Shown one piece after another: positions 11,995-24,609 of a stretch of DNA of 32,649 nt. Made by a program: the position numbers and the translations under genes. The notes under the pieces are model-generated. The model saw nothing but the letters and a program-made list of their open reading frames with translations, did not search any database and had not been told where the DNA came from. The stretch covers positions 1 through 32,649 of the forward strand of contig CAJFCJ010000127.1 in the NCBI GenBank assembly GCA_904063045.1. Reading direction: 5' to 3'. Every line of letters begins with the position of its first letter. Position 1 is the stretch's first letter. This DNA is from Dimorphilus gyrociliatus. Taxonomy: Eukaryota > Animalia > Annelida.

Positions 11995-12956
11995 ATGAAT
12001 AGTAAAAAGTTAGCATTAATAACTGGTGCTGGTAGTGGCATTGGACGAGCCATTGCACTAAAACTGTCACAGCATAATTACAAATTGTCAATCTTGGGCA
12101 GAAAAGTAAATAAATTAGAGGAAACAGCAACGTTGTGCCAAGAAAACGGTCTTTCTGAAGATGATGTTTGTATTGAAATTAATTAAGAATATATATTTTT
12201 TATGTTCCTAATAGATTCTTATTTCACGATGCGATCTTCTAAAATCTGAAGAAGTTCAGGCTGCTTTTAATGCCACTGTAGACAAATTTAAAAGAATAAA
12301 TTTATTGATTAATAATGCTGGTTTTGGTTATGAAAAATTTTTTCACGAAACGAGCATAGAAGAGTTTGATACAATGTATAAATTACATATGAGAGCACCG
12401 ATACAACTTATGAATTTAGCATATCCGTTATTGAAAGAGACAAAGGGCAATGTTATCAACATTAGCAGCGTAGCATCAGATATATTTCCAGTTAATATAT
12501 ACTAAAGATGTTTCGACATCATTTATTTGAATTATATTTTCTAGGTATCACAGTTAGCGGCCTATTCTCTTGCCAAAGCTGGCATGAATATATTATCAAT
12601 ATTGGCAGCGCAAGGTAAAATAATATTATTTTAAAGAAAATTCCTATTTCGGATGTAACATTGGTATTTTCGCAAAAACAGATTATGGAGAAGATGGCAA
12701 GGTTAGAGTGAATGCCATTCTTCCTGGAGCTGTTAGGACCAGTATATTTTCTACCTCTAAATTTGTAAGTGAGGATGAAAATGACGCAATGTTTGACAGA
12801 GCTGAAAAGAGTATGCTACTGCAAAGAATTGCTGAAAGTAAAGAAATTGCCGAACTAGTATACTTTATTGCCAATGATGAAACAGGTGGAAACATTACAG
12901 GGTCAAAGTTAAATGTAAGTGGTGGAATGAATATAAAGCATAATAATAGCATATAG
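11995..12956 (+). CDS. Classical short-chain dehydrogenase/reductase (FabG-like), 263 aa, 4 exons
   Basis: Exons 11995-12165, 12215-12490, 12545-12614 and 12682-12956 with GT-AG introns of 49/54/67 nt give one open frame. It has TGAGSGIG, NNAG, the catalytic Ser (ISS), YSLAK (YxxxK), RVNAILPG and ITGSKLNVSGG. Confidence 0.95.
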
Positions 12957-13653
12957 GTGTACTTATATTTTCGAATAAATAAATTTTATTCTCTTTTTAT
13001 ATCTGTTTTTTTGCCATATTCATGTTGTGATTATTTTACGATTTAGTAACTGAATTGTCTTCACCCTCGCATCATATCGTTATTTAACATATATGTTTTA
13101 CGGTGACTATTAAAATAAAGTCTATCCTGCTTTATTCAAAAACGACGATATAAAAATTTACTACAACTTTTTTCTTTTAGATATGTTAGAAATATGACAA
13201 GCAAATCTTGATTTTATTCATAAATGAACATAAAATTTTTTACAGTATCATAACGGTTCTTTTTAATTTGGCTATTTTTGGTCCAATTTTTATTTATACT
13301 CAAACTTAATATTTTACAATTTTTTCTCTATAGGTAGATTTTTTTTTACTATTGTAAAGTCAACTTCTATGTACACTGATAATTATTATGTATCAAAATT
13401 TCAAAAATTTTCGTAATTATCTTCCTTTTTTCTAAGAAAAATGATTCTAAATATAGCTATTAAATGAAATACCTTGTTTGCTAATTTAAAAAAAAACGCT
13501 ATTATAGATTACCATTACTCCACTATTAATTTTGAAAACTCTTGTTGATTTTGGGATATAAGTACATAAATATTAATTAATAACAAAAATTTAGCCTCAG
13601 TTTATTGTAAGGCACAAAAAATATATATAAACTGGTCTACTTACGTTTTTGAA

Positions 13654-14810
13654 ATGATAATTGGATTTAGATTGATTTGCAATGGGCTGAAATTCTCTTC
13701 TAGCGCTCTAAAAGATGTGAGTATAAAAAGTTGTAAGATAAGAGATCAAACAGAGTATTTAGCAGAAATGTTTAAGCAATGCTCTGTAGGGGAAACTGTT
13801 AATTTATCTTCTAATGAAGAATTTGGAGACGGGATTAAAAAGATATTAGAAGAACTAGAATTCTCAACCACATTGAAAAGAATTATTGTGAACAATTCCA
13901 TTTTCAATGATAAACAAGCAAATTATCTAGGAGAATTATTGAAAGATTGTTTTTCATTACAAAATGTCAGGCTATGCAAAAAAAATGGGAAGTGGATTAA
14001 AAAGACTTGTAAAGGACTCAATGCCTCTTCAAGAATATTGAACGATATTGATGTAAGACTATGTGATTTTAATGCAGAAAAAGCTAAATGCTTAGACATT
14101 GGAAAATTTTTGAAAGTATCAACTTATGCTATAATATGTCAAAGGGAACAGGATTTAAATTCATATGTCAAGGTCTAAAATTATCTTTATGTTATTTAAA
14201 ATTTCTCAACATTTTTGGCTGTTCATTAAATGATGAACAAATATGGTGGTTAAGTGAATTAACTCAATATTGCTTTTCGTTAGAAACAGCATATTTTAGT
14301 AGTGAAAAAGAGTTGGACATTGGATTTCAAATGTTTTGTAAAGGTAATCCTTTAAGGCTTCTTCATTATTGAAGAAAATTACAATCGATTGATATCATTT
14401 TCTCTCATTAAAATGATCAGGGAGCAGAATGTTTTGGACAAACATTAGAATTCATCATGGAAAGTTATTGATTTAAATTTGTTCTACATTTAGAAAGTCA
14501 TTTCAAAGTGATTTGTAATGGGTTAAAATCTTCGAAGACTTTAAAAGATTTTAAATTATTGGTATGCGATTTGAATGACAAACAAGCAAACCTACTAGCG
14601 GAAATGCTTAAACATTGTTCCTCGTTAGATAGCATATATCTAATTATACGGAAGTTGTAATTTGAAAAATGGATTAAAAATGATTGGCGAATCGCTTAAA
14701 AAATCTCCTTTTTAGAAGTTTAAAACAAATCAATGTCCTTGTACTTGGCTTACCCGAAGAGCAAATAATTAGTTTAAAATCAAGTTTCCACAATTGCCAT
14801 TTAGGATAAT
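13654..14810 (+). pseudogene. Ribonuclease-inhibitor/NLRC3-like LRR repeat gene, frameshifted
   Basis: About six ~56-aa units recur every ~165-170 nt: GF..IC.GL..S...LK....C.LND.QA..L.E.L..C.SL (e.g. GFRLICNGLKFSSSALK, GFKFICQGLK, HFKVICNGLKSSKTLK). They are split across frames by frameshifts and stops. Confidence 0.75.
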
Positions 14811-16299
14811 TAGAATTTGATTTTTAAAATTATCAATTTAATGAATTTTTCGAATATTTAATATGATGAAAACTACCCAGTTCTGAATTTATTTATCTAT
14901 AATACATTTAATAAAAAAGATGTAAATGAAAAGATAATGTGCTCAAGGTCCTAATTCGTACTTTCGTACTTTAATGTGAAATATAAAATACTTTAATGTA
15001 AAATACAAGAATACTTTTTTTATGCACGAACAAATAACTGTTGGCAACTTCGTACCCGCTGGTTTTATAATATTCCATTCTTCAACAAAGGATCGATGTA
15101 CTGAGTCCGAGATCCAAATAATAGACATTTGTAAACATCTGTTTGTGGATATATTAAAAAAATTATTAACATTTGTTTCTTTTTAAATTATCAAATTACA
15201 CATATTTTAAACTTTAAAAAAGCCTAACTAGACTAATTATAAACATTTAGGAGAGCTAAATGCTTTTTGTATGCTCAGCATCCAAGAAATTCCCTGGCTA
15301 CTTACAAGTTGTAGACAACTGATATGAAGCAGCTAAATATCCACTGGAAGACGAATTTTCCAAAATATTTCAGGTTCGCAAATTAATCTTAAATTGGTCG
15401 ATTACTAAACTATTTATGAAAAAATTAGGATTTTTCGGGCATATTTCTCCAAAAATTGCATGTAAAATCAAAAGCATGTAAGTCATTGATTTAGGTTTGA
15501 AAAAATCTTAAAAATTTATTGTTGGCTGGTTTATGCAATCTCTCTTTTAACTTCTTCTATTTATCTACATGTATAAAAGCTTTTAATGGAAACACTATTA
15601 TTTTTCATATATTATTTATATATTTCTTATTCTGCATTCATGTTATAAGAACTGAAGAATGTGTAATCAAATTAAATCAGTGAATATTGGTTACGAAAGT
15701 GTTGAAGAAGAATCAAAGAGGCTTTTGGGAAAATACTATATCTTCTATGAAACGACATTTTTATCAACAAGATATGCCAATATTTTTTCTATTTTTTGGT
15801 AAGGGATCTTCTATCAGCTATTATTAAAAAAAGGTGAAAATTTAAATTTGTCTCCTCTTACAGACTTCTTTAGTACAATGGTCAATAGGGATAAGTATAC
15901 GATGTATAGGAGAAAAAGCAATGACCTTTTCTATGTATCAACAACAAATAATATAAAGAACATAATTATATAACAAAAATATATTTTTTATCAAAACACT
16001 TCCTTTTCAATACTTAAATGAAGCTAACATTATTATATTTAATAAATAGGCCAAGGCCGAAAATAAAAGTATAATAGTCAAAAAGAAAAAAAAAATAATC
16101 TTTTTTTACATTAAGTCAAAAACCTTTTTGTACTACGATAAAATCGTTTCTTGAGTATATCGAAAAATAGAGAGGATGTAAATATCTGTTTAACAAATGG
16201 AGAAAGAAAATAGAAGAAAAAAAAATTATCAATCCAATGGTTTAATTTATATATTTTAAAATTCTGTCCATGTTAAAGGAATACCTTTTTTTTTGATAG

Positions 16300-19200
16300 T
16301 AGAAATCTCTGCCAGTTATCATCACTATCTCACAAAAAGGAATTTTATTTTTGAACAATCCGAACTTCTCACGACTAGGTACCAAGCTTTTTTATCAAGG
16401 TGACATGATCGTTTTTTGTCAAATATTTTTACGAATTGCAAACTGCCATTTTTTTGTTTTAGAAGAAAAAATGATCAATGACAACTACATGTCATTTAAA
16501 ATAATCAAGAATGAATAAACGTATACTATATATTTAACAGAAGAAATAATAAAGAAAAATAATACTGGAAATTTGATTTTATCAATTGACTATGACCATT
16601 ATCCTGTAAAAATATTAAAGAGATTATCTCATATTCTAGGTTAGGATTCTCTTCATTCTCTGGTCCGCCCTTCCAACTCAATGGCAATAAACACGAATAC
16701 TTCAGTTGTACCCTAAAAATTACTATTTTCTGTAATTGTTTCATTGTTTTTTTCATTCATCAAAATTTGTTTGCCATTCGTGTTGTGCTCAAATGGAAAA
16801 AAAGGAAAAAAATATTCTTTTTCGAATAATTCGAAAGTTATCTCTAAAAAAGATAAAGCTACAATATCTAAATATACAAAATAATTTATACGTTATAAAA
16901 TGTTTATATCTCGATTTGCATGGATTGTTCAATTTTCTGTAAAAAACTATCGTAGATATTATTAAAGATTTTGTAATACGGGTCGGGAAACTCGATATGC
17001 TTGAAAATTAATGATACTTTTCAAAATCAAACAAGTCTTCTTTGACTCAAAAACTTTCGGTTTTTTTCTATCTGTTTTCCGAAGTAGAAAAAAAAAGATA
17101 ATTTTTTGACCATTTCATTTGCCGAAAATTTGAGATTTTGAGAACAGAATTAGGTTTTTGTTATCATGTAAATAGTCCAAAAAATGTAATTTATTTTTTC
17201 TCTTTACATTTTTTTTACTCTAGATTATCGCTTCTTGGATCAGTGTTCTAAGAGTATATATCGAAATTTGGCAACAGAGTTGAATTAGTGGTATTTTTCA
17301 AAAATTATCAATAGCATTTGGTATAATTTTCGATATTGGAAATATTGTAAAATTAAAAAAATATGTCACAACTTTCGATTTAATTACGGAACAATAATCA
17401 AACATGAGTTGAATATAGTTACAAACTATTATCATAAAAAATTACCAGGAAGATCTTTTTTCGGAACATTAAAGTCTAAAAAGAATGCTTAGAATTTACA
17501 TGATTGTTCTGTTAAAAAATGTCAAACATTTTTCATCATCAAAAACTTATAACTGATACATCTTATTAATTTTTACCTGTTTTCAAAAAAACAGAAAAGC
17601 AACATAATGCCTACCGTTTTTTTAGAATATACAATTGAATCAAAAGTTAAAAATTCGACCGACTGTATAAATATTTTTAGTGTAATTCGATAGCAAATTC
17701 AGGAAAATAAAATAATTTTCACTTTCTGAATGAATTTGAAAGATTTTTTAATTGAATTAATTAGTTGTTTTTCCTAATCAAATTTCATAATCTAATTAAT
17801 GCTTAGTTATCAATCTAAACTTTCTCGGTTCCAATAATTGAATTTTCATAAAATATACTTCAATTTTGATAAGCATATTTGTATATACTGATTATTTATG
17901 ATGTTTGCTATTTTCTTTAGAATAATGTCACAATTTATCATATTTATGAAAAATTTCTGTTTTTAAAATCAGATTTTCGCACTTTAAATAGTCTTTTTGT
18001 TTATCAGTTTTGACATTGTTGAACCACAACTCTCATAAGGCTTTTTTCAGCTGATAGCCCTTTGGAATAGAAAGTATGTGCAAAAATATATTTCGTTAAT
18101 ATACAATAGTAATTGTTTATATAGTAAAAGTCTGTAAAATTATTCCAAATACGAAAAAGGCAAACTTGTTCTAGTACGATTCTAATGTTTTTCTGATGAG
18201 GCTCGGATTTTTCTATATATTTCTCATTGGATGTTAATATTTTTTGATAAATAATATCTATAAAATTGTGCTTGGCTACAAAAATTTATAACTTTAAGTA
18301 CAGATTTTAAAAACTAATTTTCAGGGATTCAACATTTTCAATTCTTAAACAATCTTCCAATTATTTATTTGGGCCTGTTTCATATTCAAACACTAAATAA
18401 ATTTGATTTACCCATCTTTATCAATGAACTCGAATTAGTTGATTGTTTGGTAAATGAAGCTATTTCTATTCATTTTGGAAACTCTTTTGTTGCACTGCAA
18501 ATATTTAACATCGTTTAAAGTAAAGAGTTCTAATAATTTTTGAGAGAAATAAACACATCAATATCATGTATTGAAAGGTTGTGATCATTGAATTTCAATC
18601 AATGCTTCAAAGATTTTGTTAACTACAAATATCTTATGTTTAAGATGTATCTATTGATTGGAAGTTGAAGATGCATAATCAATAGAATTAAATGAAAGAT
18701 CTTTCTTATTCCGTAAAATAGAGCTTTGCTAGTTTGCATTTTGATAGCACTGATGAATTTAAAGAATCGTACCAGCTATTCAAAACGGAAACCAAGTAAA
18801 CCTATTTGTAAACGCAAGAAGAGCAGCTCCTTTCGGTTTCCTCTTCTTCCTATTAGAAGACATGACTTCAGTATATTGAACAATAATATATCCAATATAG
18901 AAATATAGAATATCAGTAAAAATAGTGATTACGAGTAAGAAAGAGTTGAAATCTTTTTCAAAAAAAAATAGATCTATCAACTACTCTTATTGTTTCTAAA
19001 TATTAAAGAAATTTCTTCATTCTATTGTCGTCTTCATGATATCATTATACGAACTAATTATGGTATAATTGATCATTTGAGTATAAAAATTGCCTGTAAA
19101 ATCAATTAATGAACAATCTAAAACTATAAAACACTTGAACAATAAAAGGATTCTTTGAGAATTTGGCTTGTTACCATTCCTCAATTGTCCTATAATTTAA

Positions 19201-20900
19201 AATCCATATAGTTAGTATTTTAACTTAGTTTCCTTGGTTCATGGGGAACATTTGCCCTAAATCATTAATTTAATAACATAATAATGTCATAACGATTAAG
19301 TAGGAACAATTAGGAAATTTTTACTCTTCTTTTTCACCAAGCAAAAACGTGAGTATGAGAAAATCGTATTAGAGAGAAACCTTCATGATTTTAATCTTTT
19401 ATTCCTCCAATTGACCTGTAACTTTGAAACAATTCATTTATATTCATAAGTAGAAAAATTCCAAAAATTATTCATCTCCATCAATATCGAGATCAATTGT
19501 TTTTAATATAAACTGGTAGAAAATAAGCCACGAAAAATAGAAAGTACTATTTTGAGTGTGTTTGTGCGTATGTCTGATTTTTTTGTTCCTTTTAAATGAA
19601 GTATTAGATGGCGCAAGCCATGAAAATAATAATGATACAAATATTTATAAGGTAGAAAACTGTATAGTTGAATGATGGTTATAGGAAAAATACAGCTCAA
19701 GTGTTAAATATTTTTTTGAATGGAATTTGACGAGAAAGTAGTATTGAACACTATACATATTGTTTAAATCGGAATTTCCAGATGTGGATAAATTATTGAA
19801 ATTAGTAGAATAAAATAAAGAAAATGTTTACGAGTTATAAAAATTACAGTTGCATTTATGTATCCAATAAGCACATGTACTCCTGCTGAAAAAAGTAATG
19901 GAATGGAGCTGACTGAGTCACTAACTCAATATATTTTATTAAAACGTATATGATAGATTAATGAATTTAATAAAAAAGCTAGACTTGAATGATGTTCATA
20001 TCATCAATAGTTAAACTGTTTGTCAAAGTATTTTTTAAACTTTTTTTTTGAAATCGTCATAGTTTACTGATGAAATTTCTTGAATGCAAAGAGCTCGTTC
20101 TTCGTTTGGAAAATTTCCAGAAAATATGGATATTTAATTTAATTTCCTCTGAAGATAATTACAACCATACAAAATGATTCCGTCAGTAAGCAAAACGACT
20201 TTTTTCAAATAAGCAAATTTCTGTTATATTGTACAATGAATTGAGGTTAATGGCCAAGAACTATGTAAAGAAGATTCTAAGCGAATAAATGTCCATCTTC
20301 ATCGGGTGAATAGTTTTGAATAATTTACATACGACGGTTTACTAAAATTTGTTTTCTGTTTAAAATGGTTAATTCCATTTACCATGCGCTCATTCAATCC
20401 AAGATTCTATTTCTGAGCAATTTTTCAATAGTTCGGCTATAGACTTGGATTATTTCTTATCTAGAGCACAAAAGTAAAAATTCACACCCTCCAAAGTCAT
20501 TGATGATTGTAGAAGTCCTTGACAAATGTTAGTGATTCCATTTTCATTTCCAAGAAAAATTAACTTTCTCAATTCTTGAGCATTTTTTGAACAGTAGACC
20601 TAATTTATTACATTTTTCTTCATTTAAAGAACAAGTGTTCAAGTCAACATTCCTTAAACTACTTGACGAATTTAAAGACTTTTAAAGGTAATATATCTCA
20701 ATGTATTAGACGAATGTAATAGTCCTATATATATTTTTTCTGTTGTAACATTCAAGTTTGAATTAGTTGATCTAAATGATTTTATCGGTGTTTTAGTATT
20801 AATACTCTGTTGCTAGTAGGATAGATATTTTAGCGGCCATTTTGAAACGTCTGGTATTTTTCGACTGGTTCGCATTCTGTTTAATGAAAAGTGTCCGAAA
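16300..20900 (-). pseudogene. Heavily decayed RNI-like LRR array, same family as 13654-14810
   Basis: Clearest at ~20350-20780: IYIGLLHSSNTL, NSSSSLRNVDLNTCSLNEEKCNKLGLLFKKCSRIEKVNFSW, GITNICQGLLQSSMTL, SIAELLKNCSEIE. Weaker units near 18000-18450 (KGLSAEKSL, IGRLFKN) and 16350-16420 (CHLDKKAWYL..DCSKIK). Extent is uncertain and it may be more than one gene. Confidence 0.55.
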
Positions 20901-21084
20901 AATTGTTTAAATGTATTTGACAAAAAGAAACAGTAAAAAATATGTAAAACATAGATAAAAGAAAATAAGGTTGAGTATTTACTACTAAAACAATAATGAT
21001 TCTTATTAAAGGTTTGGATTAGTTTAATCTAGCTAATCTGAGATTCAAACAGGGAATAATTTCACGAATTGAAGAATAAAGTTC

Positions 21085-22080
21085 TTATTCATCATGATTT
21101 ACTCTTATAGCTACATTTCCCTTTTTGTGTCCGCTTTCAACGTAAATATGTGCATCAGCCATTTGTTCCAAATTATAAGTTCGATCTATAATTGGAGTGA
21201 CTTTTCCAGACTCTGCTAACTCCTTTATTGTATTTAATTGCTGAGTTGTTGCACTACCAACTGTACAAATGATTTTTTGACTTCCAACGATAGACTGCCA
21301 GAACATCTGCAAAATTTGTTTCAATCCAAATACAGCCATCAGGTAACAAGCTCTAGAATTCAATGAATTTTTACAGGCCGAAAATGATGTTTTACCAACC
21401 GTATCAAAGATAATATCGTATTTTTCCCCATTGGCCGTAAAATCTTCTGTAGTGTAGTCAATCACGTGATCAGCTCCAACAGACTTAATCAATTCAAAAT
21501 TATTTGAACTACAGACTCCAGTAATAATTGCTCCGTAATGTTTAGCCATTTGAACAGTGGCTATTCCAACACTTCCTGATGCTCCATAGACAAGAATCTT
21601 TTGTTCTTTTTCAATCATAGCTTTCTCTAGGAAATGAATTGCCGTGTCCGTTCCAAAGAGAATTGCAACAGATTCATCATAGGAGAGATTTGTTGGTTTT
21701 TTAGCAATACAGCCCTTTTCAGGTAAGCAAATAAATTGAGCATATGCTCCAAGAGCAAATTCGGCCGATCCGTAGACTTGATCTCCCGCTTGAAATAATT
21801 TCACTTTTCTTCCAGCCGTTTCAATTTCACCAGCGAAAAATAGTCCCCACACAGGATTTCTCGGTCTTCTTAAACCAAACATAAGTCTAGTTGGTAGCCA
21901 GAAAGAAGTTGGAATATCTCTAAAACCCCGAAGTTTACAATCCCCTGACGTAGCCATAGTAGAATGTATTTTAATTAAAATTTCATTATCTTTTGGTATT
22001 GGTTTTCGGATGTTTTTCAATTCAAATACATCTTTAGGTTCTCCGTAACCGTTGCAAGTCATACCTTTCATAGTTGCCAT
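21085..22080 (-). CDS. Intronless bacterial-type NAD(P)-dependent alcohol dehydrogenase / quinone-oxidoreductase-like MDR (zinc-independent), 331 aa
   Basis: Uninterrupted ORF MATMKGMTCNGYGEP..KPIPKDNEILIKI..GAYAQFICLPE..KPTNLSY..ILVYGASGSVG..VGADHVIDYTTEDF..YDIIFDTVG..IDRTYNLEQMADAH.YVESGHKKGNV. This is the typical bacterial MDR pattern with the GxxGxxG loop and no obvious Zn-ligand set. Start taken at ATG 22080 (acaATGg); alternative start 22071. Confidence 0.93.
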   Translation of the reverse strand: MATMKGMTCNGYGEPKDVFELKNIRKPIPKDNEILIKIHSTMATSGDCKLRGFRDIPTSFWLPTRLMFGLRRPRNPVWGLFFAGEIETAGRKVKLFQAGDQVYGSAEFALGAYAQFICLPEKGCIAKKPTNLSYDESVAILFGTDTAIHFLEKAMIEKEQKILVYGASGSVGIATVQMAKHYGAIITGVCSSNNFELIKSVGADHVIDYTTEDFTANGEKYDIIFDTVGKTSFSACKNSLNSRACYLMAVFGLKQILQMFWQSIVGSQKIICTVGSATTQQLNTIKELAESGKVTPIIDRTYNLEQMADAHIYVESGHKKGNVAIRVNHDE

Positions 22081-22123
22081 TGTAATCTCTTCCAGAATAT
22101 GGTAAAATAAAAAAAGTACATGG

Positions 22124-22133
22124 CTTTTATATA
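22124..22133 (-). promoter_or_regulatory. TATA box of the MDR gene
   Basis: TATATAAAAG on the minus strand, starting 53 nt upstream of ATG 22080. CCAAT lies at 22201-22205. A candidate ATTAAA poly(A) signal lies at 21028-21023 after the stop. Confidence 0.55.
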
Positions 22134-22449
22134 AAAAGGAAACGAACACAAATGACTCAGGGAAAGTCCACTCTGATTGCACATTACTATTCTCATTAGG
22201 CCAATATATACCCAATTTTTAGACTATTACATGCTGTATAAGATAATTGGCATTTTTTTCGTTATTTTATGTATGATTCAACATCGAATTAATGATAAAC
22301 TTTATATTCTAATAAAAAACTTAACTCACCTGAACTAACTCGCATCGTTTATAGTTTAATTTCTTCGAAAAGAATAGATCAAAAATGTTTCCCATTTAAT
22401 TTGCGATGTCCATTGGCAATAAAGTGAATAACATTTTTCACGTTTTAAC

Positions 22450-23150
22450 TCCATTTTAGTGATTAAATTGTTGAAATTGAATGAACATTAAATGTGTATT
22501 GTTAGTACTAAATAGGAAAATTGATAATGTCAACCTGAACTAGTTAATAAGAAAAAGTATATTTTTACCCTTGAGATATTGATTTTTTTCAATTTATAGA
22601 TCACAGGGAAAATTTCTAACTTGACCTAGATGTAAATGCAATGTAATCAAATCTGATAAATAAAATTTCCAATGATTCAGGCTTTTTCGTACCATTATTA
22701 TAGCTCATCTACAAACAGCAGAGAAAACTTTTATCAGCTGTATTTTTAAATTATAGGCCTATAAGTTTTGGGTTTAGAAACTGGATTAAAATTCTAGAGG
22801 ATTGAAGCGCAGAGCTCAAGTTCAGTAGGCGAAGTCCGATAGTTCCTCTTATTGAAAATACCTGCTCAATGAATATTGTTCATTATTACAGAGAGATATC
22901 ACTCGTAGATATACAAATACAGCTTACTATACTTGATTTAGATCACAATTGTTTACTCAGTATGTCATTCGAATTTCGGTTTTGTTGATAATTGATGAAA
23001 TTTCTTATCAAACATATATCATATTTAAAAGACAAAAAACACTCACTAGTTTATTGTGACTATTGGAAAGCATTGTTGTTGATGTGATTCTGAGAAAATT
23101 TTTAAAAAATTTCTAGTTCTATTCACACGAATCCATTTAAGCATAAATGA
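22450..23150 (-). pseudogene. Further decayed RNI-like LRR remnant
   Basis: Fragments FDKKFHQLSTKTEIRMTY*VNNCDLNQV, LRVISLCNNEQ and LKKINISR fit the same LRR consensus and orientation as 16300-20900. Many stops. Confidence 0.4.
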
Positions 23151-23276
23151 TTTTTATTACATAATTTCTTTATAGATATAAAGATAACGTTTTTACCCAA
23201 TTTCGGCTGGGGATTCTGAAATCAGAACAAAGAGTGTTCCTAGTTGGATAAGGAAAAAGAAAATACAGCAGACGGA

Positions 23277-23899
23277 ACAAAGTAGGTCTAAGAAATCTGG
23301 ACACCGTAAATTTTGATAGGCCAAACATTTTTTTTTATTTTTTAGCAATGAAATTTTAGGTGAAACTTGTATCTACATATAAATTTCTATCAATTAGTAT
23401 TCAGATAACTTTTACATCATTTTATGGTTTTTATATTGTTTATTTTTTGATGAGATTTCTTCTTATTTGGCCTTAAGTCATATTATTCTGGGCAATGGCA
23501 AAATTTTTATTATTTCTGCATTTGCTGACCCTCTTACTTCAATGCACTTACCCCCATTCCAGGATACAGATTTGGTAACCAGTCAGGATTTTTAAAAACA
23601 AGTTTGTAGGAACATTTTTCAATTTTCTCCCAAAGTTCATCCTCAGAATTGAATTGGGCCCCATTGTAAACTAAATTTTTAGTTAGGTGCCTCACATTTT
23701 CTATTATCACGAATAGCATTTAAACAATATTGTTTTCTTCTGTTACAGTCATTGGGTGTGAGATCAACTCTGGTCATATTTTCTTATTTAAAATTTTGCC
23801 ATGTGGTACCATTCCCAAAGCCCTTACCATTTCCCTTACTTTTCCTGATTCATTATATTTCTGGATTATTAGGTTCTTAACATCTTTACCCTATGGCAT
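23277..23899 (-). mobile_element. Tc1/mariner remnant 2 (internally deleted)
   Basis: N-terminal HTH-like MP*GKDVKNLIIQKYNESGKVREMVRALG starts at ATG 23899. C-terminal IIENVRHLTKNLVYNGAQFNSEDELWEKIEK matches the Tc1 (P)IENVW..LK..VY....ELW..I motif. Terminal 22-mer 23301-23322 and 13-mer 23460-23472 are identical to remnant 1. The far terminus (maybe ~24230) was not confirmed. Confidence 0.75.
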
Positions 23900-24609
23900 A
23901 ATTAAATAAATTATATAAAAATTATTAATGCAGGTAAAATATACAATAAGTAAGAAACTTTTTTTTGAAAATTAATTTTGTTGAAAAATTTTCAGTTTAA
24001 GACATCTATTTGAAATCAAAATCGGATGTAATCTGGATGTATGGTCAAATAAAGCATAAAATAATGAAAATCAATGAAAAATTTTTCCTTATAATATTCA
24101 CAAATATGATTATTTTCTCTAATTTTTTTAGTATTACATAAATATAACTCTTTTTTATGTAAATTTAGACAAAAATAACAAATTTAAAACAAAGATAATA
24201 TTTTTTGTACCAGTTTAGTTTTCTTCCACCTGTACACCTTAATTATTAATCTAATATTCCCTTTATATATAATGAATAAAATAACTTCTATCTGATAGCT
24301 GAATATGACTAATTATTGAATGTAAGCCATTTTTTAATAATATTTGTCTACTGTCTAGAGATATTGGCCATGCAAAATTAGCGAAATATAATTGCATTGT
24401 ACACTTTACCATGTCCAAATTGATCTCATAACCAATTATGATAATAGCCAAGCAACATTTGTCAATTTTTCTTCGTTTTCGGCTTTGATAAATAGATTGA
24501 TAGACTAATAATTAATACTAGTATTAACCATATTATAGCATGTATTATGAACAATAATTTTATCATTGTTAAATGCGTAAATGGATATTTCATAAGGTCC
24601 ACAATTTCT

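Noticed and set aside
12507-12520. GATGT-TTCG-ACATC tetraloop hairpin in SDR intron 2
   Set aside because: A 5-bp stem is readily found by chance.
8695-12952. Shadow ORFs 8695-8907, 10075-10266, 11117-11335 and 12683-12952
   Set aside because: Alternative-frame or antisense overlaps of other genes, remnants or ORFs.
22087-22093. Shine-Dalgarno-like GGAAGAG before the MDR start
   Set aside because: A weak match that is easily chance. The TATA and Kozak context explain the region, and there are no flanking bacterial genes or operon.
22081-22215. 45-aa N-terminal extension of the MDR ORF in the ORF track (376 aa)
   Set aside because: It has no resemblance to the family and contains the TATA box. 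Homology starts at MATMK.
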